Source of the DNA: Camelus dromedarius | Taxonomy: Eukaryota | Direction of reading: 5' to 3' | Assembly: GCF_036321535.1 (NCBI RefSeq) | Contig: NC_087447.1 | Coordinates: forward strand, 45,260,001-45,324,000 | Length of the DNA stretch: 64,000 nucleotides | Shown: positions 57,076 through 64,000 of the stretch, one piece after another | Layout of the letters: each line of letters begins with the position of its first letter | Numbering within the stretch: position 1 is the first letter of the stretch | Program-made: the position numbers and the translations under genes | Notes under the pieces: generated by a model | Told to the model about the DNA's origin: nothing | The model's database searches: none | The model's input: only the letters and a program-made list of their open reading frames with translations

Positions 57076-59601
57076 GAGCTGTTTATCTGTGGTTCTAAAT
57101 GTGGCGCCGTTAGAACCACATGTAGATGATGATTCTTTGCAGTTGTCAGTGCTGCCTTCTTATTGAAAATTCTCCACAACCATGATCCACCATCTGACGG
57201 CTACAGGTCCTCCCTCCACACCTTCAGTGGGCGTAAGTCAGTGATCGGACAACTGCGAGGAGTGAGAGGCTGAAGGTTGGGACATGCAGCTTGTAAGTGG
57301 TTTTTGGATGCGCCAGCTACATCACTTTGGTGAAGGGAACAAATCCCTCTGCGCATTAGCTTCTTTCTGTGATGGAAGGTTTTCCCCTATTGCTTGCCTC
57401 CTCTCCAGGGAAACTACTGGGCTTAACAGGAGTGTGGAAAAAAGTGCTCTGAAGTGTTAGAAGTCACATCAACTGGGGGAGGAGGGAGAGTTGTTGAGAT
57501 TATGATCCCTTGCCTGCCACAATACTGTATCACTCCACTCCCAAATCCAGCCTAGACACACATTCTGGTCTCTCTTTCCAACCAAAATGATCATGGAGAG
57601 ATAGCATGGAGCAGCAGCTCTAACCACAGACCCGCCATCATCCTGGGATGATGGGTTATCATCCCATAACCCTACTTAGAGACCTGCTAGATAAAGGGTG
57701 TCAGGGAGGTCACTGGACTGGCTGCCTGTATCCACAAATCAAGGGGCTTTCAGCAACTTACTGGTCCCTTGCTGTCTGTAGCTTCTTTCCCAGCCTCTGA
57801 GGTCCTTCTCCCTCCTCACTCACACCTTTCCTATCCTCTTCTAATTGACTCAGGACTACTCTCTGCATCTGCTGCTCTTGTAACTATAAGACTATCTGTT
57901 TTTCTCCCTTGGGTCTTGGGCCCCCATAGGAAACTCCTTAAATGGATGCAGACCTGACAAACACCAAAAAGGGATCAGCATTCTCCTGGAACAGTCTGCG
58001 GGCACCTGAGTTATCTACCATGGAAACTCAGTGATCTTAAGTAGCAACATGAAATATTCCAGCAGACATGATGTTCCTTCATTCTCTTCTCCCACTAGCT
58101 GCTAGAGTTACCAAAAATGTATTGGGTGACCCTCAGTCCTGTTTTCTGTCATCCTCTTTTCTCTAGTCTAGCCTCCCTTTGAGATTGTTCTTCCTACCAG
58201 GTAGTTATTCACACTCATTCATTGAGTATATAGGGACTGTAAGCTTTCGGCCATATACATGGATGCAAAGATTTGTAAGACAGAATATCTGCTCCTGAGA
58301 AATTCATCCGTCTTTTGCAGGATATAGATACGAGAAGGCCAAACTGCCTGAGAGAGTAAAAAGGGATTCACAGGAGATACAAGGATTTAACAGGTATTCT
58401 TTACTAAAAGCTGCTGTCTCATTAGATTCAACATTCCAGAAAGAAAAGGAAACACAGAATTTATTCATTGAATATCTGTTACAGGGCAGTAATTGTATTT
58501 TGGAGATTTACTGGTGAGCTACACATTCATAACTCCTACAAGGAGATAAACTTAGTCATGTATTCTGAGAGACAAAAAAGTAAACAACAAAGAAAAAAGA
58601 TCTAAAACACAGAAGACTCCATTACTATGTGATAAATGTTACAACAGGAAATGCAGGATTCTGAGGGAGCAGACAGATGGAGCATCTGCTCTGGTTTGGG
58701 AGAGAGAGTCTGTCATGAAAATGTCTCTGAGACTCCAAGACGAATTTCACATAGTTAACGGCAGGGGCAAGCTTCTCTGCCAATTTCAGGTTCACAGCCT
58801 CCTGCACAATGGGATCGTGACTTAGACATGTTTGTGGTAGGTCCTTTCATTGAAGCTTTGTCACATTGCAGGTCATTGTGCAAGATCTCACAACTAGGGT
58901 GCCTAGAAGCAAACACTGACTTCATTTATCTTCAGCAAATCCACAGGAAAGGAAAATGAGAGGTGAGAAGTGTCAGGAGTGGGGTCAAGAGTGTCTACTA
59001 GATGAACAGAGCCTGAAGAGAGCACAAGATGAGAAGGATGTGGAGGAGTTCTACCTGAATCAGTCATGAGAGAAGAGTGAAGAAGTTCTGGTTCTTCAAA
59101 TGTGACACAAGAGTCTAAAGGATATAGTTTACTTAGGATAGAAACCTAAGAGAAGGACTTTACCAGGCAGGGAAGAGGGAGGCAGTCCCAAGGAGCCATG
59201 GAGGGAAGAGGTACATTTCCTGAGGTGAATTTTGAACAACAAACATTGATCTATTCTCTGCTAGGTTCTGCTCTAGGTGCTTTTTACTTATTTCTCCTTT
59301 AAAATTTTTGCATAGTTTCATTTTAGTTTTAGTTTATGCACATTGATGAGACTCTTCCTCTGGGCAGTTTTTGATGCTACCAAAATATCTAGGTCTCATA
59401 TATAGGAGAAAGCATTGTAATTTAAGCAAGAAAAGGTTAGCATTCATAACCCAAACTCAAGAAAGAAATTCATCCATATTTTATTTAGGGCGGTGAAAAA
59501 AAAAAAAAAAAACTTGGGAAAAATAGGGTGTGATAATAGGTACAAAATGTAGTAAATCTTTGGCCTGATTTGGGACCTTCTTCTGGGCACCAGTGAAATT
59601 T

Positions 59602-60561
59602 TTAGCTCCAGGATTCAGCACCAGCCTTTCTAAGACCCAGGAGATTGCTGATGGCATGACGGATCTCCTTGGTCTTAATACTGTATATGATTGGATTAAG
59701 CATGGGAGGCACAAAGAGGTAGACATTGGCCATAAGAAGGTGGACAGCAGGTGGAGCATGCTTCCCAAAGCGATGAACCAGGGACAGCCCCACCATGGGC
59801 ACAAAGAACACCAGCACAGCACAGAGGTGTGAGGTACATGTTTGGAAGGCTCGGAGCCGCTCCTCCCTGGAGGCCAGTCTTGCCACTGTGTGCAGGATGA
59901 CCCCATAGGACAGTGCAATGAGCGCCAGGTCCAGCATCACAGTGAACACCACCAGGCTCAGCCCATACAGGTTGTTGAAGGTGGTGTCTGTGCAGGCCAA
60001 GTGTATGACCTCCTGGTGCAGGCAGAAAGAATGGGAGAGGACTCGAGACCCACAGTAAGGAAAAGTCCTCAGGAGGAGAACAATGGGAACAGTGGCTACA
60101 GGTCCCCGAAGGATGACAACCAGGCCTGCCCTGACCACTCGCTGGCCGGTGATAATGACCGAGTACCTCAGGGGGTGGCAGATGGCCACAAAGCGGTCAA
60201 AGGACATGACAAGGAGTACTGAGGACTCCATGAAGGAAAATGAGTGGATGCACAACATCTGGATTTGGCAGGCTCCAAAGTAGATATCACGTGAGTTGAA
60301 CCAAAAGATTCCCATAGTGGTGGGCAAGGTGGACACTGACAGGCCCAGGTCAGTGAAGGCCAGAAAGGAGAGCAGACAGTACATGGGTGTGTGCAGACGA
60401 GGGCTGGTCTTAATAATTATCAGGATGAAGCAGTTGCCAGAGATGGCCACGAGGTACATGAGGAAGAAGAAGATGAAAATCCATTGCTCAATGGTTTCCA
60501 ACCCTGGAAAGCCAGTGAGGTAGAGCACAGGGCTAAACTGAGTGATGTTGGACAAGTGCAT
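59602..60561 (-). CDS. OR51M1: Olfactory receptor 51M1 (319 aa)
   Basis: From ATG 60561: [22 protein letters not shown]...[13 protein letters not shown]...[11 protein letters not shown]...RAFQTCTSH, matching recalled human OR51M1. Acceptor atttattttcag ends at 60601. AATAAA on the minus strand at about 59481-59486. Confidence 0.95.
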   Translation of the reverse strand: MHLSNITQFSPVLYLTGFPGLETIEQWIFIFFFLMYLVAISGNCFILIIIKTSPRLHTPMYCLLSFLAFTDLGLSVSTLPTTMGIFWFNSRDIYFGACQIQMLCIHSFSFMESSVLLVMSFDRFVAICHPLRYSVIITGQRVVRAGLVVILRGPVATVPIVLLLRTFPYCGSRVLSHSFCLHQEVIHLACTDTTFNNLYGLSLVVFTVMLDLALIALSYGVILHTVARLASREERLRAFQTCTSHLCAVLVFFVPMVGLSLVHRFGKHAPPAVHLLMANVYLFVPPMLNPIIYSIKTKEIRHAISNLLGLRKAGAESWS

Positions 60562-61904
60562 CCTGGGGGGATGCTGGGCTGACGTTCTTCTGGGGCTGAG
60601 CTGAAAATAAATGATTGTTCTGGTTATTAATTCTTTGGCTTCAAGAATATTCACACCGTCATTATCAGAATCATGCTCATTGTCATCTTTGGTATCTACT
60701 TTACTACTGTCAACTCCACCGTCCTCCTACCTGATGGAAACTTTCTTTAAAGTACCAGGCTCACTAGGTTTTCTCTCGATTTCTATTCCTTCTCTGTCTC
60801 CTTTGAGACTTCTCTTTCTTACTCAACCCTTAAATACAACCATTCTTTTTCTTGGCAGTTTTCTGTCCATACTTTATTTTTCCTCCTTAGAGAACATCAT
60901 CACTCTCATGAATGTATTTACTAACTTTATGTTGATAAATATAAAATACATAACTGTATAATTCTCTTCTTTTTGATTTGCAGACTCACATATCTAACAC
61001 CAGGTTGAGCATCTGGATCTAGTGTTACCCAGTTTTTTCAAAATTTTAATTTATACTAACTTCCCCTAACAGGGCTTTCATTCAGTTGTTTTCACTAACT
61101 CAGGAGTAGAAATGTGGACTTCAGAAATAAGTTGAAGATGAGATATATGTTTGAGTAATAATAGTATATAGGCTGGATGAGGAAACTTAAAAAGTGAGGG
61201 TAGAGGGAAGTTTCTAGAATTGAGCTTTGGGAACATCTGAATTATAGAGTTGGAAAAGAGAAGGCTCCACTAAAAGAGACAGAGGGGGAAAAATGCCAGT
61301 TAGAGGAAAACCAGGAGACTGTGGTCTTGTATCAGTTTCAAGAGGGATAAATCAATGATATGTAATGTTGCTAAAGGGACAAAGTAATAAGACCTGGAAG
61401 TGACCAAAGGATTTAGCAACATGGAAGTTACAGCTGATCTTGAGAAGAGCAGTTTCAGCAAGGTAATGGGGAATAAAACCATCCCTGCCCCCACCCCCAG
61501 AAAGACCATGACCATGTCAGTATTTCTGTTTCCCTCTGCTGTGGCCGTGGCTGCTTTTGGGTCAGAACAGTGACAGGTCCCAGCCGTTTTCCACAGGACC
61601 ACCTGAGTGGGCAGCCAAGCATTATCAATAAAGCAGTTCTTAGGAGGGAAAAAAGTGTGTTCGTGAGCCAGAGAACAAGTGGACAAGAACAATGTAGTAG
61701 GTTTCCAGGGAGTGATGGTGGCCCAACTGAGGTTCAGAAATTCAAAGTGGAACTAGTCAGTGCTTAAGTGTGTTTTTAATCACTGTGTTTACCTGTTTGA
61801 AATCAGAAAATGACTATACAGAGATTTGAACTGAACCAGGTTAAAGTTAGGATAGGCTAGAATGAATAAAGGTAATCTTAAAAAATGATGTAAATTCTAT
61901 TTAC

Positions 61905-62198
61905 AATCCAACAACAGACTCACGGACATAGGAAACTATGGTTATCGAAAGGGAAAGGGGTGGAGGGGGAAGGATAAATTAGGGGTTGGATACTAACAGA
62001 CAAACGTCACTATATATAAAATAGACAAACAATGACAGACTGTATAGAGCAAAAGAAACTATATTCAATTCCTGGTGATAACATATAATGGAAAAGAATC
62101 TGAAAAGAAAAAAATACATATATATGTATAACTGAATCATTTTCCTGTATACCTGAAATTAACATTGTAAATCAGCTACACTTCAATAATTTTTTTTA
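61905..62198 (+). mobile_element. L1 3' end fragment
   Basis: caacagactcacggacatagga...ataactgaatcattttcctgtatacctgaaattaacattgtaaatcagctacacttcaata. Confidence 0.8.
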
Positions 62199-62349
62199 AT
62201 ATGAGTCAGGCTATATGGCTGGACAAGGAGGCATAGCAGTGATAAGCATGCTGTCATGCCCTGAGAAGAACTGTGGGGGGAGGTGGCAAGAAGGAAAATG
62301 TTTAGGAATGAAGACCAGGGCCAGCCCCTCATCACTCTGACAAGGAGGT

Positions 62350-63300
62350 GAAAGAACCCATCACACTTTTCCTCTCCGCGTCCTTATTCCTCAGTTCACT
62401 ACTCACCTACCACCAAATGACTGTTTTTGTTTTGTTTTGTTGGTTTTTTTTAACCCTCTTGGCTAGAGCAATGCTCTTCAAATTCACCAATGACCTCTAA
62501 GGCTGAAATTCAATGGAGACTCAATCATACCTGATTCCTTTGCAAACTTGTGTCTTCTGGCCACGTCTTCCTTTTTAAAGCTCTCTTTTGGAATTCTTGA
62601 CGCCGGCCCCTGCTGATTCCCTTTATTTTTCAGGGCAGTACATATTCAGTTCCTTCCATCCGTTACTCAGATGTTCATATTACTTACTCCTGACCTTAGA
62701 CACCTTCTCATTTATTGTTTTCTCTTTTTATTATTTTTTACTGTTATTATTAATAGTAGTAGTACTAGTAGACTGATAACCCATAGAAGTTTATCCCTAG
62801 TCCCGACAACTCAGCTGTGTAGCAGACCTGAATATCTGCCTTCTTATTAGATGTCTCCCAATTGACGCCAACTAAACCCAACACATCTAACATTGATCCA
62901 TCACCTACTCTCTCCACACCTGATTCTTTACAATGTATTTAATCACTTTCCAAGACAACATTTTGGATCTCATGCTTTAATTGACCCTCTCCCTCTTCCC
63001 ACACCTCATTTTTTAACTGACTTAATAAGTATGTTCTACTTCCTAAATATCCCTATTCCTTTGTTTCCACTTTTGTGCTGTCATCATTCCTAAGTTTTTC
63101 CTGCATAACTGACCTCTCCGACACTTAACTTGCACAGCCTGACACCCCATGTCCTAGATCTATTTTCCACTTGAGTCATGGGGTTTATCCCTAAAATGGT
63201 AACTGCTCTGTTTGCAGTCTTTCAATAGCTCCCCTTTCACCAGGATACAGTTTAAACTGGTCAGAAGAGCTCTGCTGAGACCTCCAATTTATTGCATTCC
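62350..63300 (+). mobile_element. L2 fragment
   Basis: tcaccaatgacctctaaggctgaaattcaatgg..., agcagacctgaatatctgcc...gatgtctccc. Approximate. Confidence 0.5.
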
Positions 63301-63339
63301 GGCACGACGCAGACACTGTGTAACACGTTACATAATGTG

Positions 63340-63550
63340 ACTACTTCTCATGACCACGAGGCATTTTATCCTAGTTCACAGAGGAGGAAACCACAGAAAA
63401 GGTAAATAGCTCTCCCAAAGTCTGACTTCAGAGAGCAAATCCTCAGTCTGTGAGCTAATCCCACGTCTTACATTAATTCACAACATGAGTTTATCAGTGA
63501 GCTGATGTCAAGGATGGGATTTGAACCCATGTCCACCTACTTCCAAAGTG
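63340..63550 (-). mobile_element. MIR fragments
   Basis: ttcacagaggaggaaaccacag...ctcccaaagtc and gggatttgaacccatgtc. Confidence 0.5.
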
Positions 63551-64000
63551 GGCAGTCCTAATACAAGGTAATACCCTGTCTTTACTCAGCTATTCAGCGT
63601 TGACATCTTTCCAAATTCATTTTTTTCTACCATAGTCAAAAAACCGATACTGTTTTTTCTACAATGCCTCATATATACTTTTCTTTTTTCTATTCTTTCT
63701 ATTGCTTTATATTTTGCTTTCCTAGCAGAAACTACTTTGCTTTTTTGACCAGTGAACAATACTGATCCTTTAAGACAACTTAAGTATCATTTCCTCTGAC
63801 AAATATCTCTTGGCGTCTTGTGTAGAATGAGGCAAACCCTTCTGTACTCACACAGCAGCTTTGCGGCTGCAAGATTAAAGCGTAAATATACACATACATC
63901 CTTTATATTTTATATATAAGCATATTTATAATTATATATTGTATCTAATGTTATATATAAATATATATATGCAAAATATGTAAACATTAACATATATGTG

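Noticed and set aside
60700-64000. Orthologue of the globin-domain HS-111/CTCF site upstream of OR51M1
   Set aside because: No convincing CTCF motif was found here. By recalled human spacing it should lie several kb beyond the window end.

Overview
Mammalian genomic DNA, almost certainly from a camelid (alpaca/camel), judged by two tRNA-Ala-derived vic-1-type SINEs. The window is part of the class I (OR51) olfactory receptor cluster. From recalled human gene order it is orthologous to human chr11p15.4 upstream of the beta-globin locus, running towards the globin genes. It holds the 5' end of an OR51A-like gene (1-216, minus, missed by the ORF track), an OR51A10-like gene, OR51I2, OR51I1 (interrupted by an N-gap), OR51K1, OR51Q1, OR51J1, a multiply deleted OR51AI2-like pseudogene and OR51M1. 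Intergenic DNA is mostly L1, L2, MIR, MER5, MER94, Tigger1, four solo LTRs with readable target-site duplications (one nested in another) and microsatellites. Putative non-coding first exons with O/E-like motifs can be assigned to several receptors. I found no new biological system. The best leads are an open but motif-crippled receptor, an inverted receptor pair with homologous first exons, a perfect 22-bp hairpin, GATA/E-box and CTCF motifs near OR51I2, a CpG-rich pseudogene carrying a CTCF-like motif, and twin direct-repeat LTRs bracketing six OR loci. Gene names come from recalled orthologue sequences, not a database search, and boundaries of old repeats are approximate.
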